DNA of 64,000 nt, taken from assembly GCA_016186175.1 (NCBI GenBank), contig JACPMB010000012.1, positions 39,243-103,242 of the forward strand. Reading direction: 5' to 3'. Source of the DNA: Candidatus Peregrinibacteria bacterium. Its GTDB lineage: Bacteria; Patescibacteriota; Gracilibacteria; Peribacterales; Peribacteraceae. This document shows, piece by piece, positions 35,579 to 44,663 of the stretch (position 1 is the first letter of the stretch; every line of letters begins with the position of its first letter). The notes under the pieces were generated by a model. The model did no database searches. It had not been told where the DNA came from and saw nothing but the letters and a program-made list of their open reading frames with translations. The position numbers were made by a program, and so were the translations under genes.

Positions 35579-36931
35579 ATGCCCCCCTCTTACGTCAATT
35601 TCGGCTCGAAACGAAGGTTATATCGCGCAAGCGGCGTTCATCGCGAAAAGAAGGAATGGGGCGAGGAACAATGGATAGTCAACAGGGAGTATTGCGGCAA
35701 AAAGCTGGTCCTCCAAAAAAACCGCCGCTGCAGCCTGCACAAGCACGAGAAAAAAGACGAAGTGTTTTATATTCTTTCCGGACTCGTGCGAATGGAAATA
35801 AGCGATAAAACATTCACTCTGACGCCGGGGGATTTCGTCCATATCCCCGCTGGCGCATATCACAGATTTACAGGACTTGAAGACAGCGAAATCATGGAAT
35901 TCTCGACCAACCATCAGGAGAACGACAGTTATCGCAAGGAATATTCCGGACATGTCGAGGGCGAGCGTTTTGTGCGCCAGCGCAAAATAGTGGAGAAATT
36001 CCCGCAAGCTAAAGTGCTTGTCGCAGGCGACGCGATGCTGGATACGTACACGATCGGAGACGTGACGCGCATATCGCCGGAAGCGCCGATTCCAGTTGCC
36101 AAGTTCCGCAGCAGGCGTCACGTGCCGGGCGCCGCCGCGAATGCCGCAGCGAATGTTGCGAGTCTCGGCGGGTGTGCGACACTGGTGAGCGTGCGCGGAA
36201 AGGACGGCGCCGGCCAAGCGCTCGAAGCGCTGCTTAAAAAGAGCGGCGTAAAGACACTGTTCGTGATTGAAGAGAACCGTGCCACTACGGAAAAACATAG
36301 GATCGTCGCCTCGGACGCGCACCAGATCGTGCGAGTTGATTATGAGGATATTCATTCGCTCTCATCAGCCGCGGAAAAGAAGATCGCCTCGTTCCTGCGG
36401 CGTGAATTGAAGAAGCACGACATATTGCTTCTCTCCGATTACGCCAAAGGTTTTTTCCGTCCTGAGTTCCTGCGTTCCTGCATCGCCGCCGCCCGCAGCG
36501 CGCGCGTTCCCGTTATCCTCGATCCCAAGCCGACGGGCCGCGATTATCTCTCGGCAGCCCGCGGCGTCGCAGCGATCACTCCGAACCGGAATGAGGCGCA
36601 GATTCTTGCCGGAACTCAGGAACGCAGTCCGTTCGGAGTTGCAGCCGCCATCGCGCGCAAGCTATTTACGAACGTATTCTGCACGCTCGGCGGCGACGGC
36701 ATGCTGCTTGCCTCGCCGAAAGGCAAAACGCGCGATTTCCGCGCCATCACAAAGGAAGTCACAGACGTCTCTGGCGCCGGCGATACAGTCGCGGCGACGG
36801 TGGCTTTATGTCTCGCGTCCGGCGCGACAATGGAAGATGCTGCGGACGTCAGCAACCGCGCGGCCGGCGTGGTAGTGACCAAGCAGGGGACGGCGACTCT
36901 GACGCAGAATGAACTTCTCCGCGTGTTATGA
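35579..36931 (+). CDS. Fusion: N-terminal cupin domain + D-glycero-beta-D-manno-heptose-7-phosphate kinase (RfaE domain I / HldA, PfkB fold)
   Basis: The cupin shows GDFVHIPAGAYHRF with upstream HKHEKKDEVFY. The kinase shows KVLVAGDAMLDTYTIGDVTRISPEAPIPV and VSGAGDTVAATVA. Confidence 0.75.
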   Translation: MPPSYVNFGSKRRLYRASGVHREKKEWGEEQWIVNREYCGKKLVLQKNRRCSLHKHEKKDEVFYILSGLVRMEISDKTFTLTPGDFVHIPAGAYHRFTGLEDSEIMEFSTNHQENDSYRKEYSGHVEGERFVRQRKIVEKFPQAKVLVAGDAMLDTYTIGDVTRISPEAPIPVAKFRSRRHVPGAAANAAANVASLGGCATLVSVRGKDGAGQALEALLKKSGVKTLFVIEENRATTEKHRIVASDAHQIVRVDYEDIHSLSSAAEKKIASFLRRELKKHDILLLSDYAKGFFRPEFLRSCIAAARSARVPVILDPKPTGRDYLSAARGVAAITPNRNEAQILAGTQERSPFGVAAAIARKLFTNVFCTLGGDGMLLASPKGKTRDFRAITKEVTDVSGAGDTVAATVALCLASGATMEDAADVSNRAAGVVVTKQGTATLTQNELLRVL

Positions 36932-37899
36932 AGGTTCTCCTGCTCGATCGTGACGGCGTGCTGAACGAGGAGCGCGATTACGATTACACTCCCGGGACAA
37001 TCCGGCTGATGCCCGGAGTCGTTGACGGGCTTAAGCGACTTAAAAACTGGAAATTATTTGTTGTATCCAATCAGTCGTCTGTCGGCCGTGGTCTTTCCAC
37101 GCGCAAAAATGTTGACGCATGCCATGCGCGTCTGCGCGAACTTCTGGAGAAAGAGGGGATTCATATCGCAGACATTGTTTATTGCCCTCACGCTCCGGAT
37201 GAAAACTGTCCCTGTCGCAAGCCGAAGACCGGAATGTGGGAGGAGCTCGCGGCGCGCCACGATCTCCGCGCCGAAGAATGCGTCATGATTGGAAACCGCG
37301 ATTCCGACATAGATTTCGCGCGGAATATAGGTTGCGCGGCGTTCCGGGTTGCGGATGCCCGTCACCCTATGAGCACCCCCCCCGACGCTTGTATTGCGGA
37401 TATGACGGAACTCGCCGATATCCTGCTGGAAACCAACCGCTCGCGCGTGCTTGCTCTATCCGGCGCCGTTGCATATTCCGCAAGGATGCGGAAGGCCGGG
37501 AAACGAATCGTCACTACGAACGGCGCGTTCGATATGCTGCACGGCGGGCACCTCTTCCTTTTCCAGGAGGCTCGAAAACACGGCGATGTTCTGGTGATCG
37601 GAGTGAACAGCGACGCTTCTGTCCGCCGAAGCAAAGGAGACGGCCGTCCTGTGGAGCGCGAAGAAATCCGCGCGCTCAAAGTTGCCCGCCATGCGGACGC
37701 AGTGTTCATTTTCGACGACGATGATCCGCGGGAATGGCTCAAAAAAATCAGTCCGGCCGCGCACGCAAACGCCGAATCGTACGGAAAGGATTGTGTCGAG
37801 TCCGGCGTGCTGCGCGAAATCGGCGCGAAACTCGCGCTCATTCCCGTCCGTGCCGATCTCGGGTCCACCTCCGCCATTCTCCTAAATTGCCGAGCATGA
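36928..37899 (+). CDS. Fusion: GmhB-type heptose 1,7-bisphosphate phosphatase (HAD) + heptose-1-phosphate adenylyltransferase (RfaE domain II / HldC)
   Basis: The HAD half shows LLLDRDGVLN and the Zn-loop CPHAPDENCPCRKPKTGM. The nucleotidyltransferase half shows TNGAFDMLHGGHLFLFQEA...VIGVNSD. It has ATGA overlaps on both sides. Confidence 0.75.
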   Translation: MKVLLLDRDGVLNEERDYDYTPGTIRLMPGVVDGLKRLKNWKLFVVSNQSSVGRGLSTRKNVDACHARLRELLEKEGIHIADIVYCPHAPDENCPCRKPKTGMWEELAARHDLRAEECVMIGNRDSDIDFARNIGCAAFRVADARHPMSTPPDACIADMTELADILLETNRSRVLALSGAVAYSARMRKAGKRIVTTNGAFDMLHGGHLFLFQEARKHGDVLVIGVNSDASVRRSKGDGRPVEREEIRALKVARHADAVFIFDDDDPREWLKKISPAAHANAESYGKDCVESGVLREIGAKLALIPVRADLGSTSAILLNCRA

Positions 37900-38999
37900 A
37901 TACCGTTCTCTGGGCGCTTTTGACGGCTCTGTGCTCGCCTTTTCTTCTAACAGCCGCATGGCTTAGAAAACGGCCGGCAAAACGCAAAATACTCATCATC
38001 CAGTGGGCAAAGCTCGGCGACATGGTCTGCACCACTCCGATGTTCCGGGCGATAAAAACATCGCATCCGGATTGGGAAGTACATCTCCTGTGTCGTGAGC
38101 AGTCAGCCGCTGTCGTCAAGAACAATCCGTTCATTGACAGGGTCATCGTCGGAGGCGCGCGCGGAAAAATGATAACAATGCTCAGCAGGGAGAGATACGA
38201 CGCCGTCGTTAATTGTTTGCCAGGAGCGTTTTTCTCGATGCTCGGATTGTGGTGCGGAGCGCGTGACCGCATCAATGCTTTTTCGCGCCTGCACGGCCGG
38301 CTGGTCCTGGCGGCGCGAATTTTAAACACCGTGAACCGCGAATATATCATCGGCACAAGGACATTCGATCACTATTTGTCACTCCTGGCGCCTCTGGGAA
38401 TTCCAGCGATTCCGTATCAACTGGATTTCTTTCCGTCCGCGGAGGACGAAGCAGAGGCCAAACGATGGACGGAAGAGCACGGGCTCAAAGAACGATCGTT
38501 CGTATGCTTCGGAGTAACCGCCGGAAACGCAGTCAAAGAATGGCCTGCGGAGAAATTTGCCGAGCTGGCGGATCTGCTGATCGCGCGCTGCGGCCTCTGC
38601 GTCGCGCTCTCCACGCTCGACAGGCGGCGCGTGGAACAAATTCGGAAATTAAGCACTCATCCGGAAAAGCTTCTCGACGCGTCATCTCTCACGCTCGGCA
38701 GTTTGGGAGCGGTCTGCAAGCTGGCGGCCGCGTTCGTCTCGGTGGACACCGGCCCGATGTTCATGGCTCATGCCGTCGGAACTCCCATTGTGGTTCTGAT
38801 TGGCGGATCGGATCCGCGCGAACAGATTCCGCCCGCCGGCGAGCGCGTGGTTCACGTCGCGCCGCCGGGAGGGTGCGAGCCATGGATGCACGTCACCTTA
38901 TCGCCCAGGAGCGCGACGGAAGCACAACTCAGTTGCGTGCGGGAAACCGGCGCGGAATCGGTTGCGGCAGCGGTGGAGACGCTCATCGGGCGCAAATGA
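37896..38999 (+). CDS. Glycosyltransferase family 9 (heptosyltransferase)
   Basis: ILIIQWAKLGDMVCTTPMFRAIK and SVDTGPMFMAHAVGTPIVVLIG. I start it at MNTVLW (37896). Confidence 0.75.
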   Translation: MNTVLWALLTALCSPFLLTAAWLRKRPAKRKILIIQWAKLGDMVCTTPMFRAIKTSHPDWEVHLLCREQSAAVVKNNPFIDRVIVGGARGKMITMLSRERYDAVVNCLPGAFFSMLGLWCGARDRINAFSRLHGRLVLAARILNTVNREYIIGTRTFDHYLSLLAPLGIPAIPYQLDFFPSAEDEAEAKRWTEEHGLKERSFVCFGVTAGNAVKEWPAEKFAELADLLIARCGLCVALSTLDRRRVEQIRKLSTHPEKLLDASSLTLGSLGAVCKLAAAFVSVDTGPMFMAHAVGTPIVVLIGGSDPREQIPPAGERVVHVAPPGGCEPWMHVTLSPRSATEAQLSCVRETGAESVAAAVETLIGRK

Positions 39000-39030
39000 A
39001 CGCATGATCCGCGCCATTCGGCCCGGTCGC

Positions 39031-40293
39031 TCACAAAGCCATGTACTTCATGCCGGTCTCCGTCACCTTCCGGCGGTCCAGCAGCGATTTCAGGTCGTAG
39101 ATCAGTCCGCCTGGCTTCAAAGCGCACGACAGCCCTTTCGCTCCGGCTTCCAGGTATTCCTTGTGCGGCACCAGAAACACGATGGCGTCATATGGCCCGC
39201 TATTCAACGACCCCGGCTTCATATTCTGGTTCACAATTTCTTCCGTGGAAATGTACGGATCATGCGCGTATGTGTCATAACCCATTTTCTGAAATTGATG
39301 AACCACATCATGCGCCTTGCTGTTGCGCGTATCGGGCATGTTCTCCTTGAATGTGAGCCCGAGAACCAGGACGCGGCAGCCGCCCGGAATTTTTTTCGCG
39401 ACTTCATTCACGATGTACTCGCTCATGTCGTCGTTTATGGAGCGACCTGCGTTGATCACGTGCGTCTGCATGCCCAGAAGGCGCGCTTTCTCCGCCAGAT
39501 AATACGGGTCAATTCCTATGCAATGTCCGCCGACGAGGCCTGGCTGAAATTTGAGAAAGTTCCATTTTGTTCCAGCGGCTTCCAGAACCGCTTTGGTTGG
39601 AATGTCGATCCTGTTGCAAAGCATCGCGATTTCGTTCACGTACGCGATATTCAAATCCCGCTGCGCGTTTTCTATGGCCTTCGCCATCTCCGCCACTTTT
39701 ATTGACGGCGCACGATGAATCCCGGCAGTAACAATAGATCCGTAAAGTTCGCAGAGGACGTCAGTCGTGCGATCGTCCTGTCCCGCCACCACTTTTATGA
39801 TCTTGTCTATTGTGTGAAGTTTGTCACCGGGATTGATGCGTTCGGGAGAATAGCCGAGCGTAAAATCCGCGCCGCATTTCAGCCCGGATTCACGTTCCAG
39901 AATAGGCCCGCAACGCTCCTCGGTGACTCCGGGATATACCGTGGATTCGTAAACCACTATCATTCCCTTTTTCAAATGCCGGCCCGTGACGGCCGTCGCG
40001 CTCTCGACGAGCGACAAATCGGGATTGTTGTCGTCGTCCACGGGCGTGGGAATCGCGAGAATGATGATCCCGCACTTTTCCATCGCCGCAGGGTCCGTGG
40101 TGAACTCAATCGGGGCGCTCTTAAGCTGCGCGTCCGTAAGTTCCAGCGTCCTGTCATGTCCTTTCCTCAGTTCGGAGACGCGCGATTGCGAAATGTCGTA
40201 GCCAACGACGCCATGGCCCGCTTTGGCGAAGGCATGAGCAAGCGGGAGGCCGACGTACCCGAGCCCCACTACGGCGATCGTCTTTGGCTGCAT
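39031..40293 (-). CDS. Nucleotide-sugar 6-dehydrogenase (UDP-N-acetyl-hexosamine dehydrogenase-like, WbpO/Cap5O type)
   Basis: IAVVGLGYVGLPLAHAF and catalytic Cys region GGHCIGIDPYYL. Confidence 0.75.
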   Translation of the reverse strand: MQPKTIAVVGLGYVGLPLAHAFAKAGHGVVGYDISQSRVSELRKGHDRTLELTDAQLKSAPIEFTTDPAAMEKCGIIILAIPTPVDDDNNPDLSLVESATAVTGRHLKKGMIVVYESTVYPGVTEERCGPILERESGLKCGADFTLGYSPERINPGDKLHTIDKIIKVVAGQDDRTTDVLCELYGSIVTAGIHRAPSIKVAEMAKAIENAQRDLNIAYVNEIAMLCNRIDIPTKAVLEAAGTKWNFLKFQPGLVGGHCIGIDPYYLAEKARLLGMQTHVINAGRSINDDMSEYIVNEVAKKIPGGCRVLVLGLTFKENMPDTRNSKAHDVVHQFQKMGYDTYAHDPYISTEEIVNQNMKPGSLNSGPYDAIVFLVPHKEYLEAGAKGLSCALKPGGLIYDLKSLLDRRKVTETGMKYMAL

Positions 40294-40398
40294 GGCAGCA
40301 GGGTATCACACGCTAACTATTATACCGATCCGCCCAGATGCCCTTCCGTTCTTCCAAAAAACTCATTAGTCTTCATGCGATCACTGTTCTCACTTTAT

Positions 40399-41361
40399 AT
40401 GAAACTGAACAAACTCTTCCGCAGCGCCGTCGAGATCGGCATTGAAGCCGATCCTCGCGGGAAAAAATATATCGAAAAAATATTCAAGAGAACTAAGGAG
40501 CGCCGCGCGAAACTCGACGGCAAAGAAAAAGAATGGTTCGATGAGGAACGCACGTGGAACCCGTACGGCGATTCACGCGTCATTTCGGGCACAGGCGAAG
40601 AAGACGTTCAGCGCCTGATGGTCTGCATTGACGGAGAAATACAGGAAATGCTGCTCGCGGATCGCCTGCGAAGGAACGGCGAGAGGATTGACGCCGTCCT
40701 GATCCATCATCCGGAGGGACGCGCGCTCGCCGATCTCGACAAGGTCATGCCGGTGCAGGTTGACGTATATGCCCAGGCGGGAGTGCCGGTGAATCACAGC
40801 GAAGGCTTATTGCGGCCGAGGATGGACCGCATCTGGCGCGCGATTCACGCCGACAACCTGTTCCGAACCGAGCGCGCCGCGGAACTGCTCAACATCCCCG
40901 CGTTCTGCTGCCACACGATCACCGACAACCTCGTGTGGCGGTTCATGGAAAAGACGATCTGCAAAAAACAGTTCGATACGCTCAAGGACATCGTGAACGC
41001 GACGCACGAGATCGAGGAATATGCGTGGTACGGCAGAAAAGGCAGTCCGACGATCATAGTGAACGGTTCCGAGAACGCCAGGCCCGGCAAGGTGGTCGCG
41101 ACGGAATTCACTGGCGGCACCAACGGCCCGGAGGAACTGATAGAAAAGCAGTCGCATGCTGGCGTCGGAACCATTCTGGCGATGCACTTTACTGAGAAAG
41201 AAGTGGAGAAAGGCAAGGAGCATCATATAAATCTGATCCAATGCTGCCACATGGCGAGCGACGCAATCGGAATCAACCTGCTGCTTGACCGGCTGGGCAA
41301 GGAAGAGAAGCGTCTCAGTACTCTGGATGTCTCCGGATTTATTCGGGTGAAGAGGAAGTAA
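40399..41361 (+). CDS. NIF3 (DUF34)-like dinuclear metal protein
   Basis: VLIHHPEG and CCHTITDN / CCHMASD regions fit NIF3-type metal ligand spacing. Start is ATG 40399 or 40375. The 548-aa version in the ORF track is antisense to the dehydrogenase. Confidence 0.45.
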   Translation: MKLNKLFRSAVEIGIEADPRGKKYIEKIFKRTKERRAKLDGKEKEWFDEERTWNPYGDSRVISGTGEEDVQRLMVCIDGEIQEMLLADRLRRNGERIDAVLIHHPEGRALADLDKVMPVQVDVYAQAGVPVNHSEGLLRPRMDRIWRAIHADNLFRTERAAELLNIPAFCCHTITDNLVWRFMEKTICKKQFDTLKDIVNATHEIEEYAWYGRKGSPTIIVNGSENARPGKVVATEFTGGTNGPEELIEKQSHAGVGTILAMHFTEKEVEKGKEHHINLIQCCHMASDAIGINLLLDRLGKEEKRLSTLDVSGFIRVKRK

Positions 41362-41374
41362 GCCCAATCGTCCC

Positions 41375-42307
41375 ATGCAATCAATTTCCATCAATCCATT
41401 CAGACTCCTGTCCGAGTCATGGCGCTTCCTGCTCAAGCAGCCCGCCCTGCTGAGTGTCCTTTTTTGGCTTCTGATTGCCCCAGCAGTTTTGCTGGATATG
41501 GTGCGTCTTTACTGGCCGGAGAGCGACATAGAATCCGTCCGAAGAATTGGAACGACTGGATTCATAGTTGCGCAGGTCGTTCTGGCGTTTCTGTTCTTTT
41601 GGGGATTCGCGTCCGTCCTGCTTGTGGGACGGCGAATGGTCAAAAGCATGGCGGGGCGTTCGCGGACGTCATTCAGATCGGTGCGGCGCGAATCCCTTCG
41701 CATGATTTTTCCACTATTCTTCACGTCGCTTCTGCGGGCCATCGTGACTCTGGAGTGGGCGTTCCTTGCAGCCATTCCCGCAATGATGTTTCTGTTGGGA
41801 TCGCAGACCTGCAGGGCAACCGTCTCTCCGTTCATATCTGCGTTCGGAACATTCGTAAATACGGGAACGATCGGCTTTCTCGATCCGGTTCTGCGAAAGA
41901 TTCCGATGCGCTGCGGCCCGCTTCTGATCGCGCTGCCGCTTCTGCTGCCGGCGGCCGTCTACCAGATACGCACCGCCTTCTTCGGCGTCATCGTGGTTTC
42001 CGAAAATCTCCTGTACCGCGACGCGCTGCGCAGGAGCAGGGACATCGTTCGCGGCAGGACGTGGAGCGTGCTTATGACAATACTGGTCATGGCAGTGTCG
42101 CTCTATGCTCCGTCCGTTATTCTTAGCTTTGCCGTCGGCGCGCTTCTGCAAACGGCGTCGCCCGACGCCGTTCTGTTTGGCGCCGTCGCCAAGGATATCG
42201 TCTATGCAGTCGCGACGCTGCTGTTCATCCTCGCTCTCACGGCGTTCTACGGTAAATTAAGAAGAGAGGCGGGAAGGGTGGAGGAAGTTGTGCCGGAGAT
42301 GGAATAG
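41375..42307 (+). CDS. Polytopic integral membrane protein, function unknown
   Basis: There are several long hydrophobic segments and no catalytic motif. The stop codon abuts the right repeat copy. Confidence 0.5.
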   Translation: MQSISINPFRLLSESWRFLLKQPALLSVLFWLLIAPAVLLDMVRLYWPESDIESVRRIGTTGFIVAQVVLAFLFFWGFASVLLVGRRMVKSMAGRSRTSFRSVRRESLRMIFPLFFTSLLRAIVTLEWAFLAAIPAMMFLLGSQTCRATVSPFISAFGTFVNTGTIGFLDPVLRKIPMRCGPLLIALPLLLPAAVYQIRTAFFGVIVVSENLLYRDALRRSRDIVRGRTWSVLMTILVMAVSLYAPSVILSFAVGALLQTASPDAVLFGAVAKDIVYAVATLLFILALTAFYGKLRREAGRVEEVVPEME

Positions 42308-42475
42308 GAACCTCTGAAAAATGCCTCCTGCTTCGTCAGCTGTGCCAAAATTTCGCTCAACGTATGCCGATACGCCTCGCAAAATTTTGTCTTGCTTCCT
42401 CGCATGAGGCGATTTTTGAGAGGTTCCTTCCCATCGTGATGTTTTGGTGATGCGTATCATTTTGCAGAGGTTCCA
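42307..42475 (-). repeat. 169-nt structured MITE-like repeat, right copy (family 2, inverted)
   Basis: Reverse complement of 35391..35559. It lies between the convergent stops of the membrane protein gene and rplT. Confidence 0.85.
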
Positions 42476-42481
42476 TTTGTT

Positions 42482-42829
42482 TTATTTGGTGCAGACAGAC
42501 TCCACCACCTTCTCAAAAACCCCCGGATGATGAATCGCGAGTTCGCTCAGCGCCTTCCTGTTGAGCACGATCTTCTTTTTTGCCATCTGATCAATGAACG
42601 CCGAATATCGGATGCCCTTCGTTTTCAGAGCCGCGCTAAGGCGCGTAATCCAAAGTGCGCGAAAATCCCGCTTCTTCAATTTGCGCGAAACGTACGCGTT
42701 GACGCCGGCGCGGATCACCGCCTCGTTCGCCTTGACGAAGGTCGAGCGCCGCATGCCGCGATACCCCTTGGCAAGGGCGCGGATTTTCTTATGCCTGCGA
42801 TGACGGACGACTCCGCGTTTGACTCTCAT
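42482..42829 (-). CDS. rplT: 50S ribosomal protein L20
   Basis: MRVKRGVVRHRRHKKIRALAKGYRG... is a canonical L20 sequence. Confidence 0.95.
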   Translation of the reverse strand: MRVKRGVVRHRRHKKIRALAKGYRGMRRSTFVKANEAVIRAGVNAYVSRKLKKRDFRALWITRLSAALKTKGIRYSAFIDQMAKKKIVLNRKALSELAIHHPGVFEKVVESVCTK

Positions 42830-42869
42830 AACAGTTCAGTTGCCGGCTTGCGGCCTGCATGGAAAGAAA

Positions 42870-43064
42870 TTATAAGTTAGGCACCAATGTCTGCAGCGGC
42901 CTTATGTTCGTGGCATGTGCCACAACAGTCCTGTTGAGGCGCTTCTGGCGCCTGCTTTTCTGTTGCAGCAGATGATTGCGGCCGCGGCGCTTGAAAGCAT
43001 ATTTGCCGCTGCCCGTTTTCCAGACGCGTTTCTTCGTGCCGCTGTGGGATTTCATCTTGGGCAT
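42870..43064 (-). CDS. rpmI: 50S ribosomal protein L35
   Basis: MPKMKSHSGTKKRVWKTGSGKYAFKRRGRNHLL. I start it at the internal ATG 43064. Confidence 0.9.
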   Translation of the reverse strand: MPKMKSHSGTKKRVWKTGSGKYAFKRRGRNHLLQQKSRRQKRLNRTVVAHATNIRPLQTLVPNL

Positions 43065-43175
43065 CGGAGCCGCAAGTCTAATGGAATTTGCTGTGGACGC
43101 AAGATGTGGCGACACAGGCCGCACAGGCGATAGAAGTGGCAAAGGCATCTCCAACAAATCTGCTTTTACCGCCTT

Positions 43176-43745
43176 TTAACGCCTTGGTTTGAGAATCACC
43201 GTGAACTGATCCCCCTGCCTCTTAACTTCCTGTTCCACTTCCGACGCGTCTTTAAGCGATTCGACGACTGCTTTCAATTTAGCGATGCCGTATTCCTTGT
43301 TCGCCAGTTCGCGTCCGCGAAGACGCATGTTGAATTTGACGAGATGGTGCTCCACGAAAAACTCTCGCGCGCGGCCGATCAGCCGGTCAATGTCGTGTTT
43401 GTCGGTGCGAAAACCCAGGCGAAGCATCTTAACTTCCGCCTGTTTGCTGTGAGAACGCTGCTTGCGTTCTTTTTTTTGAAGTTGATAAAGAAAGTGGCCG
43501 AACTCGCCTATTTTGACGACCGGAGGCTGCGCCTTTGGCGATACTTCGATCAAGTCGAGCCCCTGCCCTCGGGCTTCGTCCAGCGCCGTTTTGGTCGGCA
43601 TCGTCCGCGTCTTGCCGTCATCGGACACCAGCATCACCTCCTGAACGGTGATCTGCTCATTTATGCGGGGACGGCGCTCGACTTGCCGGACCGGACGCTG
43701 GAATCGGTGACGTTGACGCAGGGCTGGGAAAGGAAAGAGGCTCAA
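43176..43745 (-). CDS. infC: Translation initiation factor IF-3
   Basis: RINEQITVQEVMLVSDDGK...GLDLIEVSP...VVKIGEFGHFLYQ, in infC-rpmI-rplT order. The start codon is uncertain, because IF-3 genes often use non-ATG starts. Confidence 0.9.
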   Translation of the reverse strand: MSLFPFPALRQRHRFQRPVRQVERRPRINEQITVQEVMLVSDDGKTRTMPTKTALDEARGQGLDLIEVSPKAQPPVVKIGEFGHFLYQLQKKERKQRSHSKQAEVKMLRLGFRTDKHDIDRLIGRAREFFVEHHLVKFNMRLRGRELANKEYGIAKLKAVVESLKDASEVEQEVKRQGDQFTVILKPRR

Positions 43746-43785
43746 TGGTATGCGATATGCTTATCTGGTGGCAAGCCAGTCACTT

Positions 43786-44661
43786 TTATCGCCTTGAGTA
43801 CGCCTTTACCGTCAGTTCCATTTTTACCCATCCGTCCGGCAGCTCTTCCAGCGATTCCTTCTCCACCGTCATAAATTGCACCGGCCACAGTTTTTGCGCC
43901 GCGAGCGCGCGACCCAGGTCTCCCTTCAGGAAATCGAGCATCCGCGGCAGGCGAGAGCGATCGAGCATCGCATGGAATGCGCTCAGGAATTCCTCCGACG
44001 ATATTGCCTGTTTGAGCCGAGATTCCGGAATGGCCGGATCGTTCGCATAATCCAGAAGATCGGACGAAAGAAACTGCTCAACAGGAATAATGCCGGCGTA
44101 GTTGTAAGTTTCGGTCATTCTGAAAAGCGCACTGATATCGTCCGGAGAAAGCGCGTCGCCGACCGTGAGCATTCCGGAAAAATCGAAGATCGAAAGCAAT
44201 TGAGCGCGCCCTTCGGGACGCAGCGTCGCGGAAAAACGAAGGGTTCTCGACTGCAATTGCGGCGCTCCGGCAGACGGATTTCCTGGCATCGCCGCCTCTG
44301 GATCGCTTATGTCAATCGGAGACATTGTCAGCAGGAGCTTGCGGCGCTCCAGGAACGTGCGTGAGGATTCCAGGAATGCAAGCAGACGCCGCGTGTCATT
44401 CTCCTGCGGAAGAACATAAACGCGCAATTTCTCCTCTGCGGAGCCGTTCCGCAAATCTGCTTCGAGCGCGCTCAGTTCAATCTGCTGCGCAAGAAGCTCA
44501 GCGCGACGCTCGACCGGTGGAATTTCCGCGGCCAGAGGAAGCGAGTATTCTCTCACATCCTTCAGCACCTGAAAATGCCACCGCACCATCAACACCGAGA
44601 ATGAAAGGAACAGCAGCCCCCCCGCGATTGCGCCGATGGAAAGAGGCAGGCGTGCGTGCAT
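43786..44661 (-). CDS. Hypothetical membrane-anchored protein (N-terminal TM + coiled-coil + C-terminal domain)
   Basis: TM segment LPLSIGAIAGGLLFLSFSVLMV followed by a heptad-like region. The architecture is reminiscent of PilO-type proteins, but no diagnostic motif was found. Confidence 0.4.
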   Translation of the reverse strand: MHARLPLSIGAIAGGLLFLSFSVLMVRWHFQVLKDVREYSLPLAAEIPPVERRAELLAQQIELSALEADLRNGSAEEKLRVYVLPQENDTRRLLAFLESSRTFLERRKLLLTMSPIDISDPEAAMPGNPSAGAPQLQSRTLRFSATLRPEGRAQLLSIFDFSGMLTVGDALSPDDISALFRMTETYNYAGIIPVEQFLSSDLLDYANDPAIPESRLKQAISSEEFLSAFHAMLDRSRLPRMLDFLKGDLGRALAAQKLWPVQFMTVEKESLEELPDGWVKMELTVKAYSRR

Positions 44662-44663
44662 GG

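Noticed and set aside
35461-35808. ORFs 35461..35808, 35148..35438 (its tail) and 42257..42460 as small protein genes.
   Set aside because: They are read-throughs of the two copies of the 169-nt repeat. Their mirrored peptides (MIRITKTSRW...) arise from the repeat, and they overlap real genes.
39715-41361. A 548-aa version of the NIF3-like gene.
   Set aside because: Its N-terminal ~220 aa are antisense to the well-supported sugar dehydrogenase gene. The real gene most likely starts at ATG 40399 or 40375.
43746-43785. L20-leader / infC autoregulatory structure upstream of infC.
   Set aside because: Only 40 nt separate infC from the upstream gene, and I saw no convincing structure.
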